From positions 1 through 34,016 of IMG/VR virus record IMGVR_UViG_3300037483_000360: a stretch of 34,016 bases of DNA. One strand, 5' to 3'. Source of the stretch: a virus. Its lineage: Duplodnaviria > Caudoviricetes. A model generated the notes under the pieces. That model did not search any database. It had not been told where the DNA came from and was given only the letters and a program-made list of their open reading frames with translations. A program made the translations under genes and the position numbers. Below are positions 27,172-34,016 of this stretch, in pieces. Each line of letters starts with the position of its first letter. Within the stretch, counting starts at the first letter, position 1.

Positions 27172-27386
27172 AGGACCCAGAGCTAGAGATAGTAGAAGGT
27201 AGTGAAATAGAGGCCCTGATAGACTGTAGAGCGGTAGGCGTTGACGGGGTTAATAGACCAATATTCGTTAATCAAGGGGAAGTGGAAATACTCTCCCTCA
27301 CTCTTGAAGATGCCCAAAGACTAAGGGATTTTTTATCCGAAGCAATAGATCACATAAAAAAATATAATGAAAGGGTACTTCAATAG
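27150..27386 (+). CDS. Hypothetical protein
   Basis: ORF fills the gap between its neighbours; 'LT.EDA..L..FL..AI' helix. Confidence 0.6.
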   Translation: MAHEKDLKDPELEIVEGSEIEALIDCRAVGVDGVNRPIFVNQGEVEILSLTLEDAQRLRDFLSEAIDHIKKYNERVLQ

Positions 27387-27387
27387 G

Positions 27388-27777
27388 ATGGCCCAAAGAA
27401 ACTATCAACCAAAACATAAAAAAGATGGGTCAAAGTCGTTTAACGGGCGCAAGAAAATAGATCAAATGTATGATAAAAATTGGGAGTCTTACAGGAAGAA
27501 GTTTCTAGAGATAAACCCGGAATGCTACGCTTGCGGAAAACCGGCTAATGTAGTCGATCATCTAAAACCCCATCAAGGGGACGAGAGGCTTTTTAAAAAA
27601 ACCGATAACCATATACCCCTGTGTACCGTTTGCCATAACACAGTTACTAGTTTATTTGACTACAAGTACCGGGCGGGAAATCCAATTACTCAAAAAATAC
27701 AATGGCTAAATAGAAAAAGAATACCGGGCATGGAGTGGAATCCGAAGAAAGTAAAAGTTCTTCCATGTTACCCTTAA
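27388..27777 (+). CDS. HNH endonuclease (HK97 gp74-like)
   Basis: 'Y...W...R..FL..NP.C..CG..A.VVDH..PH.GD..LF....N..PLC..CHN'. Confidence 0.88.
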   Translation: MAQRNYQPKHKKDGSKSFNGRKKIDQMYDKNWESYRKKFLEINPECYACGKPANVVDHLKPHQGDERLFKKTDNHIPLCTVCHNTVTSLFDYKYRAGNPITQKIQWLNRKRIPGMEWNPKKVKVLPCYP

Positions 27778-28031
27778 AATAGAAATATATCCCGTATCAT
27801 CCCGGTAGGTATAAGCATTATGTGACTAACCTTATCGTTTGCTTCGTCTATGTTTTGAGATATGCCAATAAAGGCAGTAGAGATACAAGATATTTCTCCC
27901 CAGGTACGTATTAGGGGGAGTTTACTTAGATGGACAGACTCTATATCTTCCCAGCTTTCGCTTCCTTCTGCGTCTTCCCATACTATACAGGCGGCTAGAC
28001 CTACTTGTAGATCTTTCCATTGTATTGACAT
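27774..28031 (-). CDS. Conserved phage hypothetical protein
   Basis: 'IVWEDA....W...I.TWG...IP.GMI' pattern; overlaps the 3' end of the phosphoesterase gene. Confidence 0.65.
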   Translation of the reverse strand: MSIQWKDLQVGLAACIVWEDAEGSESWEDIESVHLSKLPLIRTWGEISCISTAFIGISQNIDEANDKVSHIMLIPTGMIRDIFLF

Positions 28032-28753
28032 CTTATCCTCTCATCAAAATCTAAAAACTCTAGTTCAAAATCTTTTGAGGACCCCTCAACTTTTACTATG
28101 GCGGCGCCCATCTCCCATAAGGGGGGAGTTTTCACATAGCCAAATACATCTTTCTTTCTTAAATCCCCCAACCATCCAGGGCTAAAGTTTATAACTTTCT
28201 TCCCGTCAGGACGCCTAGCTATGGCGTAATCCTTGCGGTGTATGTGGCCGTAGACTAAATTAGAAGAACACTTAGAAAGACTAGCCTTAGCTGAACTCAT
28301 GGAGTAAGGCTCATGTCTAGAAAATAAATCACTGCCCAATACACGGTGGCATTGCATTGGGCCATAATGTACTGATTTCCAATTTGGTCTTTGAGTAAGT
28401 TTAAATAATAAATTCCATTGAGTTACCCCAAATAAAGCCGGGGCATTATTAATTATATATCTCTCTAGGCGAAACTCGTGATTGCCCTGGATAAATACTT
28501 TTTTAATGTCGGGAAACAAATCATCTATGACATCTAATAAAGAATTAACGGCCTCTATTTCTTCACTTAGAATGTGCATCATTTTGGGGTGTCTGCCGTG
28601 AGAATTTATGGCGTAAAAATCTGCAAAGTCCCCGAGTATAACTATCTCTGAGAGACCCTCTATGTCCGTAGCTATTTCTAGTATAATGTCTACTGCTTTT
28701 TTGTGATGATAAGGTACGTGGCAATCGGGAATTACTAGTGCCTTCTTAAACAT
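28001..28753 (-). CDS. Calcineurin-like metallophosphoesterase
   Basis: 'PDCH.P', 'LGDFAD', 'GNHE', 'H' and 'GHIHR' motifs. Confidence 0.92.
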   Translation of the reverse strand: MFKKALVIPDCHVPYHHKKAVDIILEIATDIEGLSEIVILGDFADFYAINSHGRHPKMMHILSEEIEAVNSLLDVIDDLFPDIKKVFIQGNHEFRLERYIINNAPALFGVTQWNLLFKLTQRPNWKSVHYGPMQCHRVLGSDLFSRHEPYSMSSAKASLSKCSSNLVYGHIHRKDYAIARRPDGKKVINFSPGWLGDLRKKDVFGYVKTPPLWEMGAAIVKVEGSSKDFELEFLDFDERIRCQYNGKIYK

Positions 28754-28823
28754 ACGAGTAGTTTAAATAAAAATTTAACTTTTAATACGGGACAAAAGTC
28801 TTATTCTATTTTGCCAAGTATAA

Positions 28824-30671
28824 TTAAACAGTTGGCAATAAATCAGTAATGTCTTTAGTAGAGGAATCCGGAACAGCGAAGGTTAATAAAGTCTTATCTG
28901 GATTCTTAGACGTAATAAGAGAAGAAGATGTTTTCTTAATCTCTATTTTATACTGTCTATCTAAAGAGTACTCACTGCTTCTAATTAATGAGGATTGAAA
29001 GTACCCAGCGGAGTTAGTGGTTACGACAACAGAACCCTCGATGATATTTTTATTAGCTTCTGTGTATTCCTTGTTTGCTCTTATAAGAGAAAACGTAACA
29101 CTGGCCCCGGAAATGGGATTGCCAGCTATATCTCTATAGTAGCCGTAAACTATGCAAGTGTCCGGGTCGGTTTCAATTGCTCCAAATTCGTATTCAACGG
29201 TTGAGTCCTGAAGTTCGGAAGTCGCATTATCTTCGGTACTTGTTAGAATCCACCTAATAAATATTTCAGAATTAGATCCCAGAACTAAGTCTTCCGCATT
29301 ATCTGCTACTTCGGAGGCGGTATTTGATTGAGATCCATTACTGGTTACCCACGCAGAGCCATTATGATATGTAAGAATATTATCTATTTTTAAAATAACT
29401 TTAACGTCAGTTCCAGCGGGAACTACTATAGTTTGGGAGTAATCTACCAGGCCAGACACATTTAAGCCCACTACTGGCTCTAGATACCCAGAGGGAGAAT
29501 ACTTTTGGCCGGTAACCTCAATATTAAATGAATCTACAGTGCTTTGTGTATTAGAGTCCGGGAAAACAACTGCCCACGGCAAAATTCCGCTGCCCCCTAG
29601 ATCTATTTCGGTAAGATTAGAAAGAGCGGTAGTGGAGTCATTGGCTTGGGCGTAGGACCCATTAGAGGCAACCCAGACGGATCCGTTCCAATAAAGACCG
29701 CCTATAATGTATCTAGGAGACCCAGTTTCTACTACAGTTCCGTCATCCACTGATTGAACTGTTCCGACTCCGGTATAGGTGAAATTAGGCCCGTCAACTT
29801 TATTTTCTACATATATGAAATCAGTAAGTGAATATCCTGGGGTGTATGTTGCAGTATGTTGAACATTAGAAAAAAGCACTACGTCATCAAAACTAGCCTC
29901 TGCCAGATTATACACATTAGCAGTAGCCCCTGCCACTAGCCTTGTGGCTGTGGTCCCGCGTGTGTAAGCACCCGGGGAAGATGTTCCATGTAATGCGCCG
30001 TCCACAAAAATCCTAAAAACCCCCGCTGCCACATCAAAGGCAAGCTCTATTTCATATTCTTGTGCGGCTGTTGGTAAGAAAGCCCCGCCTATTGCTGCGG
30101 TGGCTACAATAGCGGCCCCGGTGTCACTATTTACCGTTAATCTAAAATTATCTCCAGAAGGGGAGTGAGTAATCAAGATACGGTCATTATTTCCGGAAGG
30201 CGCTATTAAGGATGCTAAGTTAACATTCGAGGGGGGACTTCCAGTATAATTTGGCGTATATTTGAATTTAATGGTGCCAGTATTTTGCGCCGCGCTTCCA
30301 ATTAAGGCGTCTTGATAGTGAACTCCTTGAGACCCGGTACAGACTATTTTTCCGCCACTGATAGTCGGAGCACCGTTTAGTGTGCCCGTTGGAGATCCTG
30401 AGTTCTTATGCCAGTTTAGATTAGCGTCTGAGGTATATTTAGCTGCGAGTAAGGAATTTGTTGGTGTCTTGTCTACTTGTTGGAGTGTACCCGCTGTAAA
30501 CTCCGCTTTTGACGAATCATAAGTAAACCCCGTGTCATCATCAAACGTATTGGCAAAAATAAGACCCGCGTTATCAACTAGGGCTAGCTTAGCTACTCCC
30601 CCTGTGACAACCGCATTAGAAAGACTGTAATCGGCCTGATCGTTAAACGGGTATAGTTGACTTACTGACAT
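28824..30671 (-). CDS. LamG/ConA-like domain structural-type protein
   Basis: AGGAG RBS; LamG signature 'YEIELAFD.....RIFVDG...FDDVVLF'; repeated 'Y.NGS.WV.SNGS'; C-terminal Ig/CarboxypepD-like 'G...DI.GNPISGA.V.F...T.S.GYF'. Confidence 0.75.
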   Translation of the reverse strand: MSVSQLYPFNDQADYSLSNAVVTGGVAKLALVDNAGLIFANTFDDDTGFTYDSSKAEFTAGTLQQVDKTPTNSLLAAKYTSDANLNWHKNSGSPTGTLNGAPTISGGKIVCTGSQGVHYQDALIGSAAQNTGTIKFKYTPNYTGSPPSNVNLASLIAPSGNNDRILITHSPSGDNFRLTVNSDTGAAIVATAAIGGAFLPTAAQEYEIELAFDVAAGVFRIFVDGALHGTSSPGAYTRGTTATRLVAGATANVYNLAEASFDDVVLFSNVQHTATYTPGYSLTDFIYVENKVDGPNFTYTGVGTVQSVDDGTVVETGSPRYIIGGLYWNGSVWVASNGSYAQANDSTTALSNLTEIDLGGSGILPWAVVFPDSNTQSTVDSFNIEVTGQKYSPSGYLEPVVGLNVSGLVDYSQTIVVPAGTDVKVILKIDNILTYHNGSAWVTSNGSQSNTASEVADNAEDLVLGSNSEIFIRWILTSTEDNATSELQDSTVEYEFGAIETDPDTCIVYGYYRDIAGNPISGASVTFSLIRANKEYTEANKNIIEGSVVVTTNSAGYFQSSLIRSSEYSLDRQYKIEIKKTSSSLITSKNPDKTLLTFAVPDSSTKDITDLLPTV

Positions 30672-30728
30672 CGAGAACTCCTGTGCTTTACTTTTATGTT
30701 AGAGTATTTATGAGGTAAACTCATCCCC

Positions 30729-31079
30729 CTAGCATACCGCATTGTAAATATTAATGTAGAAATCTAGTCTTAAGGACGGACCGGAGATATTGCATACAAA
30801 TTGTATACGTTTTTTAACAGGCCCCTGTAGAATATGTATTGCACTAGGTGGGATTTTTGAGAATTTGGCAAACTCTTTTTTCCAGTTTTTTAGGAGGATT
30901 AGTGGGCCTAGTATAAGGGTATTCATAAGCCCACTATGCTCTGTGTATCTTTGCCGTAGGATATTAATACATGCGGGAGTTTTACCTGTCCCTACTTCAA
31001 AAGCTAGGTATAGCTCTTTCTTAAACATAGATGTGTACACCGCTTCTTTTTGATGCGGCATTAATTCATATTCAATCAT
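30729..31079 (-). pseudogene. Truncated SNF2/SF2 helicase N-terminal fragment
   Basis: Q-motif 'LMPHQ', Walker A 'GTGKT' and motif Ia 'LILGP....NW..E'; stops after about 116 aa, before DExH. Confidence 0.7.
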
Positions 31080-31097
31080 CTTACTCCTTCGCACAAA

Positions 31098-31214
31098 TCA
31101 GCAATGTTCATTTCTCACCTTCCCAAATTTCAAATCATTGACTGTGCGCTCATATATTCTTCGCTCGGCAAATATAATCAAAGCAATAATTGCCCAGAAT
31201 ACTATTTCAGTCAT
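31098..31214 (-). CDS. 38-aa single-TM peptide
   Basis: GAAGGGTGAGAA-ATG start; MTEIVFWAIIALIIFAERRIYER... Confidence 0.45.
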   Translation of the reverse strand: MTEIVFWAIIALIIFAERRIYERTVNDLKFGKVRNEHC

Positions 31215-31217
31215 TTC

Positions 31218-31304
31218 TCACCCTTCAAAGCCTCTAGTGTTTGTATAAATTAGCAATAAAATTGGTATTACGGCCAGAAAGTAAAGATATTCATACTCAA
31301 TCAT
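31218..31304 (-). CDS. 28-aa hydrophobic peptide
   Basis: ATGA overlap with the upstream stop; MIEYEYLYFLAVIPILLLIYTNTRGFEG. Confidence 0.4.
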   Translation of the reverse strand: MIEYEYLYFLAVIPILLLIYTNTRGFEG

Positions 31305-31699
31305 TCCTCTGCGTTACAAAACTTTCTATACTCTTTTAGAGTTTCTTTAGCCTTATCCACCCTATATTGTACCGCTTCACAGTTTGAGTTTCCGTAATCA
31401 TTGCGAAGTACAACTCTATGTGCGTGCATCAATCCCGAGACTTCTTTTTGTAGACAATCCAAAGACTCTGCAAGCTTGTCGCATTGGACTTGGAGTTGGT
31501 TGTATGCCTCTTGATATTCACATGCAGCAAAATATAGATTTCCATTATCAATTAAACTATCTGGCTCACAGTAGTCTTTTAATATTTGCTTTGCTGATTG
31601 TAAATCTACCTGCCGTTTCACTCCCACTCCCCGCAGCTCACTTTTTTCATCATCGTCGCAGTCATACATGTCCTTTTCGCACAAATCAGCAATGCTCAT
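31301..31699 (-). CDS. Hypothetical protein (coiled-coil)
   Basis: AAGGTGA RBS; part of a tightly packed - strand gene string. Confidence 0.65.
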   Translation of the reverse strand: MSIADLCEKDMYDCDDDEKSELRGVGVKRQVDLQSAKQILKDYCEPDSLIDNGNLYFAACEYQEAYNQLQVQCDKLAESLDCLQKEVSGLMHAHRVVLRNDYGNSNCEAVQYRVDKAKETLKEYRKFCNAEE

Positions 31700-31702
31700 T
31701 TC

Positions 31703-31966
31703 TCACCTTCCATGCGCTTGTACTTCCCAATAACCAACATCCCGTACATCGGCAAAATACATATTGCCTGGTTCTGAGCACCGCCGGACATTGACTACCT
31801 CAAACACTCCAATTTTCCCGCTTTGCATTTTACAAGTAAACACGTCACCTTTTTCAGGCCAACCACGATGCCCGCAAACAACCCGATGATCGTAGTTTTG
31901 CCAGTAGAAATCTATTCCATCGCCTTTTATTTTAAATACTCTTCGGAGTCGATCCAATATCTTCAC
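31703..31966 (-). CDS. Hypothetical protein
   Basis: GTGA overlap start at 31966; 'P..GD.....MQSGK...F.V..V..C..P.NM.FA.V'. Confidence 0.65.
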   Translation of the reverse strand: MKILDRLRRVFKIKGDGIDFYWQNYDHRVVCGHRGWPEKGDVFTCKMQSGKIGVFEVVNVRRCSEPGNMYFADVRDVGYWEVQAHGR

Positions 31967-32325
31967 TCCCCACCGCCCTGCATACACTTGATAAAGAAAT
32001 ACGTTCTGTCGATACAGCCGATCACTTGTATCGTTAGTTTTTTCAAGCGTTCAATCTCTGCTCGGGCTTCGTCGCGCTCCTCAATCAGCCAAATAATGTC
32101 GTTCACTATATCCTTAGACCTTGCTTCTCTTGCGTTGTGAAGATTTTCATTGAGGTCGTCTCTCTCAGCTTTCAACCGCTCAATCTCAGCTTGGGCTTCT
32201 TTGAGAGCGGCTAGTTCGATAAGTTCAGTATCCGAGACCAAAGGGGAATTACTATCTCTCTTCTCCCAGATTTTAGAAACATATTTGTCTGTAAAAAATC
32301 TCCGCCACTGTTTCTTATTTGTCAT
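31963..32325 (-). CDS. Hypothetical coiled-coil protein
   Basis: 'EA.AEIERLK' repeated twice; ATGA overlap. Confidence 0.7.
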   Translation of the reverse strand: MTNKKQWRRFFTDKYVSKIWEKRDSNSPLVSDTELIELAALKEAQAEIERLKAERDDLNENLHNAREARSKDIVNDIIWLIEERDEARAEIERLKKLTIQVIGCIDRTYFFIKCMQGGGE

Positions 32326-32534
32326 AACTCACCTATATAAATACAATTTCTCATGTCACTACTTTCCCTTGCATCGAGATAAATAATATCTCTAAATTCT
32401 GCCAGAGTATGGCCTCCCCATTCAAAGATGCGATCGCCCCTATCATTAACCCATTGTGGCCAACATATGCAGAGTGTTTCGCGCTCTGGCACGTAATACA
32501 CCCACCCTTTTATGCCATTTTCGTTGTTAGTCAT
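32322..32534 (-). CDS. Hypothetical protein
   Basis: GAGG RBS; overlaps both neighbours. Confidence 0.6.
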   Translation of the reverse strand: MTNNENGIKGWVYYVPERETLCICWPQWVNDRGDRIFEWGGHTLAEFRDIIYLDARESSDMRNCIYIGEL

Positions 32535-33153
32535 AGGCCACCTCTAAAACTTTATCTAATAACTCTAATGTGGCATTAATTACCTTTTCTCTACCAGCGG
32601 CGGCATCAGCGGCATCAGCTGCATAAGCGGCGGCATCAGCGGCGGCACGAGCGGCGGCATAAGCGGCATCAGCTGCATAAGCGGCATCAGCGGCGGCACG
32701 AGCGGCGGCACCAGCTGCATCAGCGGCATCAGCTGCATAAGCGGCGGCATAAGCGGCATTAGCTGCAGTAGCTGCATAAGCTGCATAAGCGGCGGCACTT
32801 AACGTCTTAGCTTCTCTCATCGCTTTTGCTTCTTTTAACAGCCCCGCACCTTCAAAAAATATTGGCACTATAGTGTTCACTGTACCTAGTGCTAATATCT
32901 CGGCACGTTTTATGTCCAAATTGTCTCTAGTGCCAATGACTCGATGTAAAAATGGCTTTAAAAGTTGACGTTCACTATGCTTCAATCTGTCATTGAGAAC
33001 TTGAATATATCTTGTTAATACAGGGGATGCGCAGTCTGGGGCATCTGAGTGCTTTTCTCCGGCCAACCAAGCTACAGCTTCCATTGCACACATGCCTTTT
33101 TCGCGTGCGCTATGGTCGCCCAGTTCTAATTCTATTTCGTCTATGTTTTTCAT
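32527..33153 (-). CDS. Hypothetical protein with Cys/His N-terminal domain and Ala-rich repeat
   Basis: GAGGAG RBS; 'G.H.....GMCAMEAVAWLAGE.HSD.P.C.SPV' followed by about 68 aa of AAY/AAD/AAR repeats. Confidence 0.8.
   Translation of the reverse strand: MKNIDEIELELGDHSAREKGMCAMEAVAWLAGEKHSDAPDCASPVLTRYIQVLNDRLKHSERQLLKPFLHRVIGTRDNLDIKRAEILALGTVNTIVPIFFEGAGLLKEAKAMREAKTLSAAAYAAYAATAANAAYAAAYAADAADAAGAAARAAADAAYAADAAYAAARAAADAAAYAADAADAAAGREKVINATLELLDKVLEVAYD
32596..32797. repeat. GC-rich 9/12-bp coding minisatellite (AAx repeats)
   Basis: GCGGCATCA / GCTGCATAA / GCGGCGGCACGA units. Confidence 0.85.
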
Positions 33154-33155
33154 GT

Positions 33156-34016
33156 CTAACTCCTCGCTTCAGAAGCCCCTATAAAATTAGCAAATTTTTT
33201 ATTACCGTATTTACCATTAGTGATTTTCAAAATCACATTAGGAGTAAGCTTTTCCGGAACTTGAATAGAGTTAACAAACTCCTTAGTGCCAAATTCACAA
33301 GCGCCTGTAATGACTCTGTAAGCTGCAATTGCATCTTCAATACTTACTTCCTTGTCAGGATTTTCCTTCCAAGAATCAAATTCATACATATCCCTATCGC
33401 TAATTTTAAAACGCAAATCTTCAATTGCTTTCTCTATAGTTTCGCCGTGAGAAAAAGTGTTACCGCGTTTAACGATATAACTTGTAGTTTTTCTAGGAAA
33501 ATCATCGCACTCGAACACTTCAATTTCACCAATTCTCTTCTGAGACTTTAGTTTTTTATAAATTCCATCTGCATAGACATAGCCACGCTTTAAACATTCC
33601 TCGAAAGTTACTTGAATGTTTGCAGGGATTTCTCTTGCTAATGACGTGTCTGATTTTTCTTCTATTTTGATTTGACAGCCCTTAAAAACAGCGGTCGAGT
33701 AATCCAATAGCTTTTTAACAGTAACATAGCTTGATAAGACAATGACATAAGCTGAAATAAACAACTCGACACTGGAATTTCCCCAAGCCTCGACACTGGA
33801 ATTTCCCCAAGCCTCGACACTGGAATTTTCCCTAGCCACGACACTGGAATTTTCCCTAGCCACGACACTGGAATTTCCCCAAGCCACGACACTGGAATTT
33901 CCCCAAGCCTCGACACTGGAATTTTCCCTAGCCACGACACTGGAATTTCCCCAAGCCTCGACACTGGAATTTCCCCAAGCCTCGACACTGGAATTTTCCC
34001 TAGCCACGACACTGGA
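33156..34016 (-). CDS. Octapeptide-repeat protein with conserved C-terminal domain (5'-truncated by window)
   Basis: At least 10 copies of (E/V)A(W/R)(G/E)NSSV; C-terminal 'SHGETIEKAIEDLRFK...YRVITGACEFGT'. Confidence 0.85.
   Translation of the reverse strand, partial: SSVVARENSSVEAWGNSSVEAWGNSSVVARENSSVEAWGNSSVVAWGNSSVVARENSSVVARENSSVEAWGNSSVEAWGNSSVELFISAYVIVLSSYVTVKKLLDYSTAVFKGCQIKIEEKSDTSLAREIPANIQVTFEECLKRGYVYADGIYKKLKSQKRIGEIEVFECDDFPRKTTSYIVKRGNTFSHGETIEKAIEDLRFKISDRDMYEFDSWKENPDKEVSIEDAIAAYRVITGACEFGTKEFVNSIQVPEKLTPNVILKITNGKYGNKKFANFIGASEARS
33765..34016. repeat. 24-bp tandem repeat, about 10.5 copies, running off the window end
   Basis: C(T/A)CGACACTGGAATTT(C/T)CCC(A/T)AGC units, head to tail with no spacers. 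Confidence 0.95.

Larger units (their letters stand above)
31088..31711. repeat. 36-bp direct repeat pair (31088-31123 and 31676-31711)
   Basis: TTCGCACAAATCAGCAATG(T/C)TCATTTCTCACCTTCC, one mismatch; spans the RBS and start codon on the - strand. Confidence 0.9.

Noticed and set aside
27862-28185. + strand ORFs in the right arm (also 28995, 30790, 31384, 31823, 32150, 33012)
   Set aside because: They are antisense to a coherent, tightly coupled - strand gene string.
32580-32798. Alternative-frame MPPLMQL repeat ORF (and 33662-34012)
   Set aside because: Stop-free only because of repeat periodicity; no independent support.
33765-34016. CRISPR-like array
   Set aside because: The 24-bp units are contiguous with no unique spacers and encode an in-frame peptide repeat.
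32596-34016. Diversity-generating retroelement TR/VR pair
   Set aside because: No reverse transcriptase in the window; the variation occurs among short tandem units rather than between two roughly 100-bp copies.
1-34016. tRNA genes, integrase/att site, stop-codon reassignment
   Set aside because: No cloverleaf or integrase recognised; all three stop codons end genes normally and coding density is high under the standard code.

Overview
This is a 34-kb segment of a tailed dsDNA bacteriophage (Caudoviricetes) with a siphovirus-type, lambda-like tail. Left to right on the + strand it carries: (1) a 5'-truncated LamG-like virion protein, a head-tail joining module, the tail tube, a G/GT tail-assembly chaperone with a -1 frameshift site, the tape measure, lambda M/L/K/I+J-like tail-tip genes and a mosaic tail fibre (1-17 kb); (2) an extended lysis-type cassette of small membrane proteins, a lipoprotein, an exported mono-heme c-type cytochrome-like protein (CLGCH) and a T7-lysozyme-type amidase (17-20.1 kb); (3) a replication module with family A DNA polymerase, SSB-like protein, RecE-like exonuclease, a charge-segregated protein and an SNF2 helicase (20.7-26 kb); (4) a LuxR HTH, a second peptidoglycan hydrolase (TIGR02594-like) and an HNH gene. 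From 27.8 kb the genes switch to the - strand: a metallophosphoesterase, a second LamG-like virion protein, a truncated helicase, small ORFs with duplicated gene-start cassettes, and two repeat-rich proteins. The most unusual element is the phage-encoded cytochrome c-like gene translationally coupled to the endolysin. All family assignments come from motif recognition by eye; no searches were run.
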